DNA from: Bilabrum cf. latius
Taxonomy: Eukaryota
Length of the DNA: 64,000 bases
Direction of reading: 5' to 3'
NCBI GenBank assembly: GCA_965178125.1
Contig: OZ237755.1
Coordinates: 124,001-188,000, forward strand
This document shows, piece by piece, positions 25,001-36,978 of the stretch. A model generated the notes under the pieces. It was not told the DNA's origin and did not search any database. It worked only from the letters and a program-made list of their open reading frames with translations. The translations under genes and the position numbers were made by a program. Each line of letters opens with the position of its first letter. Within the stretch, counting starts at the first letter, position 1.

Positions 25001-28000
25001 CCACTGAAGACGATATGGACGATGCGGATACCACCAACGACGATGCGGACAGCTTCCGGCTGTTTCAGCTTGATCCCTCATCCGCTAGCCTTGTGCTGCG
25101 GGCGGGGCAGCAACTCGACTGGGAACGCAAAGCGTCTTACAGAGTACGTGTGGTGGTCACCGATGGAGGCGGGCTGTACACTGTTGGAACCGTTCAAGTG
25201 TCTGTGTCGGACGTCCCAGATGCCGTCATAACTAGTTTCAGGAATATCAGTCGTACGTAGGATGCAATCACCAGCCAATCCACCGGTGGATCCAGTGTTG
25301 GCCAAAGTGACTCAACTGGCGTTGCTATAGAAGCCTAGTTCGAGTACGGCACGGAAGGTGGTGACTGGGTTGTGCTACAGGGGTCCGGTATCTCACCTGA
25401 CGCAGATAGGGTTAATGAAGAAGGCCTGGATCTGTCGGGGTACACGTTCACAGCCATATACGGCCCATCGTCAGAACCGGACAAGTATGAGGCCACGGAC
25501 TGCTACATGGTGAATGCCGGCCATGAGGTGGCGTGTAAAGTGCAGGAAGGGGCTGGAGGGGGGCACGTTTGGGCCCTGAGGTCCTTCGAAGCATCCTCCG
25601 GGCGCGACCACACCGCGGTGTCAAACCCAAGCAGATCGTACACGTCCTACAAACCGCCTAGGTTAGAGAGTGTGGCTGGGGTGGGCGGCACTGGCAATTT
25701 GCTTTCCACTAGGGGTGCTCCACCCGATAACTCTGTCTCAATCGTGGCAGAGGGACAGAACTTCGGGCCCTCGGGCACGTCCATCCAGTTGCTGTACGGC
25801 GCTGACGGAGACGAGCGCACGCTGATAGCGAGGGACTGCCGTGTCACTAACCCGCACGTGCAGATCACGTGCCATCCGGTGCCTGGTGTAGGCGGACCTT
25901 TGAGCTTCGTGGCCAGCGCTGACGGGCAGGAGTCATCCATTTTCGACAGCGGGCTTTCGTACACTTCGCCCGAGATCAGTGAAGTAATTGTGCTGCTGCA
26001 GCAGGATGTGCAGCAGGCCCAACAGGCTGCCACCTTGGCAAACACGGACCCGACCTTGGCTGTAGAGGCTCTTGCTTTGGGAGTGGATGCATCCGCTACG
26101 AACGCACTCCTCTCTACGCATGGCGTGGACACGGTTTACATCAGTGGAGACTCGTTTGGCCCCGGGCCATCGAATCTACGGGGCTCCACAGTGACTGCCT
26201 GCTACGGCCCTGCCTCCGACCCCGACCGCTACTGCGTATCAGAGTGCAGCAATCTGCCTACCGATCCCCACACTGGCATCCTATGCAAAGCGCAGCCGGG
26301 AGTGGGAGTGCAGCACCAGTGGCGAGTCACGGTGGGAGGGCTGTCTTCCACACCCGCATCCCAGGACGACACGACGTCCTACCGACCCCCTGAAGTCACT
26401 GCTGCGCTGGGCCAGGGGACATCGGATGCCAAGACAGACGGCTGCGAGGTCGTCATCCTAGAGGGAGACCAGTTCGGTCCCAGGATCGCGATAGACGCAT
26501 AGGCGCAGGAGCAGTGCGACCAAGCACTATCGGGCGTACCCCGCGTAACAAACGATTCCAGTCAAGCAGGCTACATGCCAATGCCAAGGCCTCACGTGAC
26601 GTACTGGTCGAGATGGGCGGCAGAAGCAGATCCTACGGGACACTCTGTCTATGAGGCTAGAGATTGCTTCGTGTCGGCGGCCAGCACCCGCATCACCTGC
26701 CGTACCGCACCGGGCATCGGCGACGAGCTCGTTTGGAGAGTAGAGATCGACGGGCAAGAGAATTCTAACGTTGGCTCGTTTGAAACCAACTACCATCCGC
26801 CCGTGATCACCAGCTATGGAGGCCCAGGGTCGTCACTTGCCCGCACCGAGGGCTCGCAGGACGTCATCATCGAGGGCAGGCACTTTGGGCCGATTGGATC
26901 TAGGGTGGCACAAGCAGTGTACACTATGCGAGAGGTAGATGAAGAGTACCTGAGGCAGGTTGAGGCGGGTAGTCCAGTCCATCGAGTTCTACTAGAGAAG
27001 GCAGTTCTCGCATCCAAGGCACGGGGCCATCGCCGCCTCCAAGACGAGGATCTTCCTCCCATTTTCCACGCTACTGATTGTAATGTCACTGTGGCCCACA
27101 CTCAGGTGAACTGCAAGACTGTGGAGGGTGCAGGTGCCAGCCTTCAGTGGTTCCTCCTGATCGGAAACCAAATATCGGAGTCGCCTAGCACCAATTATGC
27201 ACCGCCCAGCGTGGACGGCGTCTCAGGACCCGGCAGTTCGAACGCCTCCACCGAGGGAGAGCAATCTATTGTGCTTCACGGCCGCAACTTTGGTCACTTG
27301 ACAGATTATTTGGACTTTGTGACGTACGGACCCTCCGGTACGGAGTACGCGGCAAAGAATTGCGAGGTGCGCAACCACACTGAAATTGATTGCACTACTA
27401 GCCCGGGCGTCGGACGACGCATGCTGTGGATCGTATCCGTCGAGGGACAGGAATCTGAGGCAGATGGTGGTCCGATCACATCATATGCCGCTCCCGAGAT
27501 CTCGCAAGTCCATCTTCCTCTCTAGGGTACCACCACTGCTGGTGGTGGCACTGTCGGTATCATCGTGAGCAACGCAGGCCAAGCAGCTCGTGCCGCCATC
27601 TCGATCCACGTGAACAGCAAAGGAGCCGCCCGTCCAGATGATATCCACGCCGGATGGAGCGAGATGATGCAGGGTCGTGGTGTGGGTCTCGAAACAGAGA
27701 CGTGGCTGGGACAGCTGGCAGAGGTGCAGATCACGAATGGAGGCGGAGATCTGCAGGCCGACGGCCAGGTGCGATTCGAGTTTGAGCTCCCCGCGGGCCA
27801 CGGCGAGGACAGGGAGGTGATTGTGAAGGTGGTCGCAGCAGATGGATCAGGTATGCCTGTCTACTCGCCGCTGAAGGGGCTTCTGTCGTACGACCCTCCC
27901 ATCATTACCCGCACTTCACCAGACCGCAACGCCACCATGGGCAACGCTTGGCTGCGAGTATTCGTGACTGGTGGGAATTTCTGTGACGGGCGTGACAACT

Positions 28001-31000
28001 GCGGCGAACTTTTGGTAGATGGGGAGACCATCGGTTTCAAAGCGGACCTCGAGGCTATCGGTGACGCTCTGTCGCCTAGGATCATGCGTTGGACGGATGA
28101 GGAAATCGAGTTTGAAATCGTGGAGCCTGCCGAATCGGGCACTCAGGTGCAGGTGAGGGTGGGACAGCGTGTATCAAATGCTGCTACGTTTGACCGTCCT
28201 GTACCATTCTTTGATGCGCTGCAGGATCAGCCAACGTGGCCAGCTCTCGGCCCCGCTGGTGGCGAGGAGTTCTACCTCGCCAAGGTACGGGGACTGGAAG
28301 GCACTGATGCGGGTCGGATCACGCTGACCATCGGCGGTCGGGAGTGCCAGGATCTGGAAGTGATAACGCCCGACCCCGACAGCCCGGATGCCTCGTGCTC
28401 GCTGACCTTTGCGGGGCCCTGTGAGAAACGCCTCAAGTGCACCACCCCTCCGGGTGTCGGCAGTCGGAACGAGGTCATCGTCAACGTGGGCACCGGCGGC
28501 ACGGTAGAGGCGGCCTCCCGCGGCAACTGGATGATCCTCAGCTACAGGGCACCCGTTGTGGAATCAGCCTTCGCCTACCTTCCTCCTCTTGCTGTCAGTC
28601 CAAGCACCACGACCGACCTCGAGTACTACGCTATGCATATCGAGAGAGACGGAGGCGCAAATGCTCTGGATGCCGCGTCTGACTCTGCCGGGATCCCAAC
28701 AACTGGTGGTGTGATGGAACTGCGGGGGTCAGGGTTTGGCACTGAGACGACCGGGGTAGTGCTAGCAAGCATCCCCGCTCTCGGGATCGAGCTGCAGCCT
28801 GTGCCCAACGGGAGGGCGGAGGACGGTATCCTTCGGCTGCAGGTCCCAGCCGGAGTGGGATACGAGCACGCGGTGCAAGTGCAGGTGGGCAGCTCTTTCT
28901 CAGATGTTCAGGATTCCAATGGCTTTGCCATTCGGTATGCCAGGCCTCGAGTGCGCTCCGCACTACCAGGGGCTCTAGGAACGGCTGGTGGTGAGGTGCT
29001 GGTGCTGACGGGCAGAGACTTCGGATCGTTGCAAGGCGACCTCCTCTTTACTAACGTGTCAATTGGGGGCAAGCCTTGCGAAATCGTCGCGGATGGTGCG
29101 GGTAGTACTCCAATGGATCAAAACATTGTATGCCTGACACCCGCCCACAGCGGCCGCAATCAGCTCGTGGAAGTGACCGTGGCTGGTCTATCCAGCGATT
29201 CAAAGGAAAGGGGCGTGGAGCCAGTAGATGTCACCGTGTCGTATCGACCGCCCGTGCTCCATTCTGCCAGCCCTCTCGGGGGTCCTACGTCGGGCCGCAC
29301 CCCCGATGGTGAACCGTACGTGATGACTCTCCACGGCGAGGACTTCGGCAACGGAGAGCAGGGACAGGTGTGGCTCCGGCCATCTCAACTAACTGACGAT
29401 GTGTCAAGCGTGGAGCGCCAGTTGCTGCTCTTGAGGCAAGTCAACGTGTCCTACGACAGCCCACTGGTCCAATCTTGGAACCACACAACTATCGTGATGC
29501 ACATGCCCGAGGGTGCCGGGCAAGATCTCAACGTGGTGGTGCACGTGTCGGGCCAAAGCAGCGCCGTAGCGGACGGACTGCAGTTCACGTATGACCCGCC
29601 CATCGTGTACGGCTGGCGACGCACCGTGGACCGCAGCCCCGAGGAGTGCATGCCCAGGGAGAGGTGCAAGACATTCGAGGGACAGCAGTACTGCAGGACG
29701 ATCGCGGCGGGATGCTATCCCACTGCCGGTGGCTTCTTCATCGAGATCGATGGGGAGTCCTTCGGCAGATCTGGGGCGGATGTCAGGCTGGGGAACTACT
29801 AGTGCTCGCCTGTGAACCGCCTGCTAGACCCGCTCAACGCGCAAACTCACAACCGAATTGTGTGCGAAGTGCCACAGGGCTTCGGAGATGATCTTCCTTT
29901 GGTCGTCACTGTTGGAGGACGTCGAAGCGACGATGCCGAGGCTCTGGCACTTGCCAGAACTCGCCTAGCCCTGATGGTGCAGGCCAGGCTGGATCAAATG
30001 GAAGCCAATGAGGAAGAACTTGAGACGCGCCGGTAGGAGGCCATGATCGGTAGTGGTGGCGCTGGTGGACTCCGCCGTCTGATTTAGGCTGTTGAGGATG
30101 ATCCCAGGCTAGAGAATTCTCAGGTGCCGATCGGTATCAAACCCAGCTCGCAGCTGGCGCTCCGAAAGCTGTCCATCACTCATGGTCACGGCAGATCGAT
30201 GATGTACAACGCTCGTCGACTGGAGGTATTCGGCCTACCTCTAAGCGTGGATGAGGCAATCCAAGCGGCTTATGTGTTCCAGTACGACCCGCCATTCGTT
30301 GATGCGGTCGTTTCCAACACGCCCGATGCCAGGGGTCAAGAGCTGCAGATTCGCGGACAAAACTTCGGTTGGTAGGAGAACGACGTCGAGATCATCGTGG
30401 GTGGGCAGATGTGTCTGGACGCCGCGTGGCAGAACGACGGGCTGCTGCGGTGCACCAAGCAACAAGACGTGGTGGGGCCCAAGAACGTGAGTGTCCTGGC
30501 CGCCAACCGAACGGAGCCATTCGTGTTCGAGGCGTGGGAGGAGCTGCTGGTGAGCGAGTGCCAGAGGGGCGTGTACGAGGGCATCAGGGGGGAGCTGTGC
30601 CTCCACTGCGAGGACGAGCACCCAGGTGCCAACTGCACTGACTCGCACATCCAGACCCACGACCCCATTACCTCGCTACCAGGCTGGTGGCGCTTCAACC
30701 GCAGTCTGGACGACCCCGAGTGCCACCCCTTGCGCACCACCCCTGTGCGTGCCGTCAATGCGACGCTTGGCACAGGCGGATGTCCCGTGTACAAGCCCTG
30801 CGAGCCGGTCGAAGCATGCGTGGGCCAGAACCTGTGCGCCTATGGATACGAAGGAGACCGCTGCTCGTAGTGCCTCTAGGGCGAGTTCCATAGGGTCAAC
30901 GGGAGGTGTGTCAAGTGCCCCGACAGGCCATGGCTGCAGTACGTGCTCATTGGAGTGGGTGCCATGTGCGCCGCGGCCTTTGGGTATCTGCTTCGGTCCA

Positions 31001-33126
31001 AGGGCATCATCGATGTGAGCATCCTGGCCATCGTGGGGATCGACTATCTGCAGGTGCTGGCCATCTTTGCATCCACGAGGGTGGAGTGGCCCAGGATGCT
31101 GGAGGACGTGCTGGCTGTTCTTTCGGCTTTCAATCTCAACATCAACGTTCTGTTCGTGCCCGAGTGCATCGTACCTGGTATTGGGTTCCAGGTCAAGTTT
31201 CTCGCCACCTTGGCGATGCCCGTGCTAGTCGGTGTGATCTTGCTGTTGGTAGTACTTGTCCGTTACGTGTACAAGCTGCTGTTGACCAACTACAAGGCCA
31301 TGCCATCAGACTATCTATGCTCTGATGCCAACGCGACCATCAGCGCCTTCATCGTGCTGGCCCGGTTCGCCTACCTCTTCGTGACCATGATGGCACTCAC
31401 GCCGGCCGCCTGCCTGCAGACCACGCCCCCGGATGGCAGGACGTATATGGACGGCATGGTAGACCACCCGTGCTGGGAGGCTGGTAGCCTGCAGGTGAAG
31501 CTGTTCCCTGTCGGTATCGTTGCATTCGGGATCTTCAGTGTGGGCCTCCCCCTGTGGGTGTTCTACTTCTTGCAGCGCAATGCTGATCAGGTCAAGGAGG
31601 ACCAGGTGCTGCGTGCCGCAGGGGTAGGCAACGATAGGTCGACCAATAATGATCTGGCATTCCGCGAGCGATACTACCAGCTCTACTTCATGATGAAGCC
31701 GGGAAAGATCACGTGGCAGCTGGTCATCACCGCCCGCAAGTTCTTCATCGCCTTCGTGTCTCTGGTGGTGCGCACTTCGCCGTCGTACCAGCTGGCACTG
31801 GTGCTGCTCGTGCTGTTCGCCTCGTACGTGCTGCACCTCAACCACATGCCGTACATGACTCGAGCCAACAAGCCAGAGGTGGTGAAAGAGCACCTAACGA
31901 TGGTACGCGGTGGAAACCGGGCGCACTTGCGCATCCAGCACAAGATTGACCAGATCGCTGAGCGTCAGGAGAAGAACAACACTGCCAAGAGGACTTCAGG
32001 CACGGGCTACAAGGTAGCTCGAGAGCAGCAGCAGCGCGATGCAGACGCCAACGAGTTCCTGGCCAGCAACCAGGTGCTGGCCACCATCGTGGACTACAAC
32101 ACCGTGGAGGCGGTGCTGCTGGGGTGCGGCGTGCTCGTGTGCCTGAGCGGGCTGATCTTCGCCTCGGAGAGGTTCTCGTCCGCGCAGCTGAGGAAGGTGT
32201 ACAGGGCCGAGTACGATGCATTGGCATTCGCAGTTATTGCCATTATCTTCCTATCGTTGTCCTACTTTATGACCTGCGTGGTGCTGGACCTCATGATCTC
32301 ACTGGCTCCCGACGCTACCCGACAGTGCCTCGGCGTCTGCATCTCGGACAAGCGGAAGGCCATCGCAAAGGCCAAGGCCTCCAAGATACGGGCTGCCGAC
32401 GGAGCGGATCCAGAAGAGGGCATGACGGACGCCGAGAAGCTGTTGGCCACAAACAGCTCCAAAAAAGAGCGTCGCAGCATGGCCAATCCGCTCCTCATGC
32501 AAGGAGGGCCCAGAGAGGGCGAGAGCAAGGCCGAGGCTGCCGCTAGGGCCGCCCGCTCCCTTGGCCAGGGTGCCATCCAGGACCTGCTGCAGGCCACGCA
32601 GCCTCCTTCCTAGGACGGTTGGCCTGCCGTGCGCGCGTACATGCAGAGCCTGATCGTGGCCAACGACGAGATGAACAAGGAGAACGAGGAGCGCAACCGT
32701 GAGGACGTGCGGCGAGCTGTGATGGGCGCTCCGGTCGGGTCGTCCAGGGCTTCTATTGGTGGACTGGAGGCCGCACGAGCCGTCTCGGGGGCCTTGCCAG
32801 GACGGCGGACCGCAAATCAAGCGACCAAGAAGACCTTCGGGGCGCTGCGGGCCGACGGAATGACGCTGTCACCCATGGCTAGACCCGGAGCGGCAAGTGC
32901 GACCGACAAGCCCATTGGGCGCAGGGCTTCGAGATTGTAGTCGCGGGGAAGCCGAAGAACTCTCAAGGCGTTTGACTCGCAGAAAAAGGTCGGCGCAGTG
33001 CCGAAGGCGGTGGCAACTGAAGAACAAAGCGCGGCCCCTGTGGTCGCAACTGGAGAGGAGCACAACGCGGCCACCCCAGAAGGGCCAGTGGGTGCTGCTC
33101 GTGTGAAGGACGACTCGACGGACTGA
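19008..33126 (+). CDS. giant (>4,600 aa) cell-surface protein: lectin-like, sushi-like, cadherin, IPT/TIG and Cys-rich modules, then a multi-pass TM region; exons 19008-20301 and 20412-33126, 5' exon(s) unresolved
   Basis: Exon 20412-33126 is one frame with 19 TAGs and no TAA/TGA until 33124. Cadherin motifs (DRNDAPVF, ATDPDGD, LDFE, NVNEAP), repeated IPT-like GxNFG..C..PPGVG..YxPP units, and hydrophobic helices at 30943-32300. Intron 20302-20411 (GTGAG..GCAG) restores the frame. Confidence 0.85.
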
Positions 33127-33594
33127 AGTATTGCAATTTAACTAACACCTTGCTGCTATGCTTACTAGACACGCTCCGTCTCCATTTCAGTCAAGACAAA
33201 TGCAGGCATGGCCAAACCGCTCTCCCACCTTCTCTCGGTGTGTGCCGGTATCGCGAGTTTCGCGTCCGCTATGTCATCTAAACAGGGAAATTAGAGCGGG
33301 AAACAAGAATGATGGTGTGAACTCGAAGGGCCAGTGCCGCGCCGCCCAGGATGGGGACAGAGAAATGCCTCACGAAACCGCTAGATCTAGAATCTAGATA
33401 GAGGTGGCAACCCCTCGCGTCCAGATCGGAGCATGTGCGCAACAAGCCCCGATCGGCATCATAACGGGCGCCGGCAAGAACATGACTCAACCGCTTTTGC
33501 GCACTGTTGCGATTACGGGTGTTACCGCAAGAGCGCAAAGAAGCACGCACCGACCGCAAGATGAAAACTGATGTGTCTCGCTCTCAATAGGCAC

Positions 33595-34502
33595 TCAGTA
33601 AGTCCCACCGACCTTCCCATCCGCATCCTCCCCCTTGGGAATCATGTCGGCCAGATTCTTGCCCTCAGCCACTGCCTTCCGCGCCTCCTCCACCAGCGCC
33701 TTGGTGGCAGAGGCACCCACGCGCGTGCACCCAGCCCCCACCACGGCAAGCAGCGCCTCCAGGCTCCGCACGCCGCCCGCCGCCTTCAGCTCGCACCCCT
33801 TGGCGTGCTCTTTCATGATGCGAAGGTGCGCCAGCTGCGCCCCCTTGTAGCTGTAGCCGCCCCCCTCCTGCTTGACGAAACCGAACCCAGTGCTCGTCTT
33901 GACCCAGCCCACGCCCACCTCCGAGCAGATCTGCGACAGCTTAGCGATGCGGTCCTCGTGACCCACGTGGAAATCATTCTCGAAGATAACCTTCACCCGG
34001 GCGCCGCCCTCCTCAGCCGCTGCCTGCACCGCCGCGATGTCGGCCTTGACCGCGTCCCACTCTCCGCCGATCGCCGCTCCGTTGTTCACCACCATGTCCA
34101 GCTCGGTCGCGCCGGACGCCATGGCCTCCTTCGACTCAGCAACCTTCGTAGCGGTTGTGGTCGTCCCGTGCGGGAAACCGATTACTGTGCAGACCGCCGT
34201 CTTGCTGCCGTCCAGTGCCTTCTTTGCTTTCGGGACGTCGCACGGGCGCACGCAGCACGAGGCGCAGCCGTATTCACGAGCCAGAGCGAGACCTTCCTCG
34301 ACCTAAGTACAGAGTTTTGGGATAGAGTGGCGCCAGCATTGCTTCGTGGGAGACGCGAGGGGCCGAGATGGCTCAGTGATGGATCTCGGCAGCGCAGATT
34401 CTGGCTCACGGTCTTCGTAGTCATGGTCGGATGCAGCAGGCTGTGATCGATTACTCCTGCCAAGTATTCTGGGGTTATTTTGGGCCCCTCTGCTGCCGCC
34501 AT
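33595..34502 (-). CDS. DERA: deoxyribose-phosphate aldolase; exons 34502-34410, 34302-33595
   Basis: Motifs IDHSLLHP, CTVIGFPHG, GATELDMVVN, KVIFE, WVKTSTGF, LKAAGGVR and RVGAS. A phase-0 intron at 34303-34409 (GTGAG..TTAG) joins the exons. TGA stop. Confidence 0.93.
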
Positions 34503-34616
34503 GGTAAACTATGGGTAGTGGGATCCGGCGGTGACGAGCCATGGATTGATCCGCATTTAGATGCAGCGCACTGTCGCGACTGCAGCCGGCTGTTCGTGCG
34601 ATTTCACGACCAATTT

Positions 34617-36701
34617 ATGTCGCAATGCGGGATGAGTTGCGGCATCATACTGGTAGTTATCATAACCAGTATTATTGTTCGAGTATTCCTGTCCCGGTAT
34701 CCGCATTCTGGTTATTAGTCTCCCCCAATGCACGGGGATTTTGAAGCATAGCGGCATTGGATAGAAATTACTTCGCACACATCAATAGGGCAGTGGTATG
34801 AGAACACGACTGCCAATAATTTATTGTATTGGGGGCTAGACTATCCTCCCTTGACGTGAGGTAGGGCATCATTCGTGGCCCATTGACATTTTCGAAGCAA
34901 CGTGTTGATCCATTCCACACACCTCGCCGCGGCCTTTTCTGATCGCAGAGCGTACCATTCTTGGACAATGGGCCAATTTGCCAAGGTATTGAGTCCTGAA
35001 TCGTTTGCTCTGGAGAAGTCTCGCGGATCAGAAGACCAAGATACAAGAATTTTCATGCGATTATCTGTGATCCTGTCCGACGTGCTGGTGCTGTGCCCGG
35101 CCATCCTGCTCGCAGTCAGCTTGAGTACCGCACGCCAGCAAGGTACGGCTTCAATCATAAGAGTGTTGCAGTTATCTCTGCCGGTGCTCCTGTGCCCGGG
35201 TTTGCTGCTCATCGACCACGGCCACTTCCAATACAATGGGGTGTCCCTGGGCCTCGCGCTCGGTGGTGCCGTCTTGTGCGCCCATTGGGGCGACTTGGCG
35301 TACATGCAGCAGAGAGCCGACCAGCGTACAGGTCTTTTCAGTTGTGGCGGCCTCTCTGCCGTGTGGGCCGGCTGCGCCCTCTTCGCAGCAGCGCTGTGCT
35401 ACAAGCAGATGGAGCTGTATCACGCTCCCGCCTTCTTCTTCTTCCTCATCGGGGCGGCATTGGACGCTGTCGCTTCGACCCGCCACGCGCTGACTCGCTC
35501 TAGGGCCGCGTGCAGTGCGCGGTTCTGGTTGCTGATCGCGGTGTTCGGCTCTGCTGTGCTGTCAGTCATGGGGGCGTCATTCGCTCCTTTCTGTCTCTGG
35601 GCAGACAAACAGCACTGGCAGTCGGGCACAGCGATGGATCAAGATGGCACAGCACCGCACGATGGCGGCCTTGACCCGTCAAAGGTGACCGTTGCGCGGG
35701 GGTCGGACACAGGGGAGTGCTGGGGCGGCGTGCAGCAGGTCCTGTACCGCGTGTTTCCCTTCCAGCGAGGGCTGTTCGAGGACAAAGTGGCCAACCTTTG
35801 GTGCGTGGCGGAGCCATTCATACGGCTGCGGGGGTCTGTGAAGGCGGGAGAGGTGTCTCTGCAGAGTATCCTCGGTGCAGCAACGCTCCTGACGCTCCTG
35901 CTGCTCGTGCCAGTTGGCGTCTATGGCTTGCGATGCAGCATCTTTCTAGGAGCAAGCACGGGCTATGGAACGAAAGGGTCTGTAGAGCCTGTGTCGGCAG
36001 GCAAGCAAAGCGTAGCGGCGGCTGGCAGATACACTGGTGGCACAAATGAAGCGACTGACAAGTCAAGCACCAGCACCATCACAAACACCAGCTCCAGCTC
36101 CCTGCGACGGATGCTGCTACTCATGGAAATCAGCGCGCTGGCTTTTTTCCTAGCCTCGTTTCAGGTGCACGAGAAATCAATCCTCATCGCGATGGCACCT
36201 GCAAGCGGCCTGTGCGCGGGCTGGGGTCGAGCAGGAGGGGGCCAGGGAGGAGGGACGGGCAAACACAAACACTGGTCGCATTCGTGGCTTGTGTGGGTGG
36301 GCACGTGTACCATGGTACCCTTGCTGCTGCGAGATGGGCTAGGGTGGCCAACATTGGTGCTGCTATTGGCGTGGTTCGTGGTTTACGGCTGGGAGTGGGT
36401 GCGAGGCTGGGGCAGGGGCTGCTCAGGCGTGTGCAGTGGCACGCTTGCAGGGCTGCTAGGGGGGCTGGTCGCTTGTGGTGCCGCTTTGGGGAGCTCTGGG
36501 CTACTACTGGCGATCGGCGCGCATGTGGCAGTGGCCCCACCAGAGGCCATGCCCGACCTCTTCGTTCTTGGGATTGCGGCGGCCGGATGCGGCTGTCTGA
36601 TCGTGGCGTACGTTGCAGCAGTTCTCGAGCTGAGCGACACGCACGCGACCACGAAGGGCTCATAGCTTGAGACTGAAGCCGTTGCAAAGAAACTCGATTA
36701 A
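34617..36701 (+). CDS. ALG6: ALG6 dolichyl-P-glucose alpha-1,3-glucosyltransferase; exons 34617-34855, 34949-36701 (TAG=Gln)
   Basis: Motifs [69 protein letters not shown] and FQVHEKSIL. Intron 34856-34948. TAGs at 34716, 34749, 36663. Ends ...KKLD then TAA. Confidence 0.93.
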
Positions 36702-36978
36702 CTTAACCTGCCGAGCGCTCGCGCATTGTCCGCTGGCGAGACCAATCCGGATGAGGTCTGTGAAATTGAGCGCGAAGAAGGGCGCGGTCGAAGAGGCCAG
36801 TCCAGTGAGGTACGAACAGGAGCGGCAGCTAGTTGTAGGCGGGGGGGGGGGGTGAGATCGCAGTAGAATGGAGTGACAGGAATGAGCGTCAAATTACCTT
36901 GTTCCATGCAAAAATGCAAGAGTATAAACCGTTTCGCGTGCTGAACCAGATCAGGGTGGAGCCCGCAACCCTGTACCG

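Noticed and set aside
34303-34305. In-frame-looking TAG in DERA
   Set aside because: It is the 3' splice acceptor of intron 34303-34409, so it was not counted as recoding evidence.
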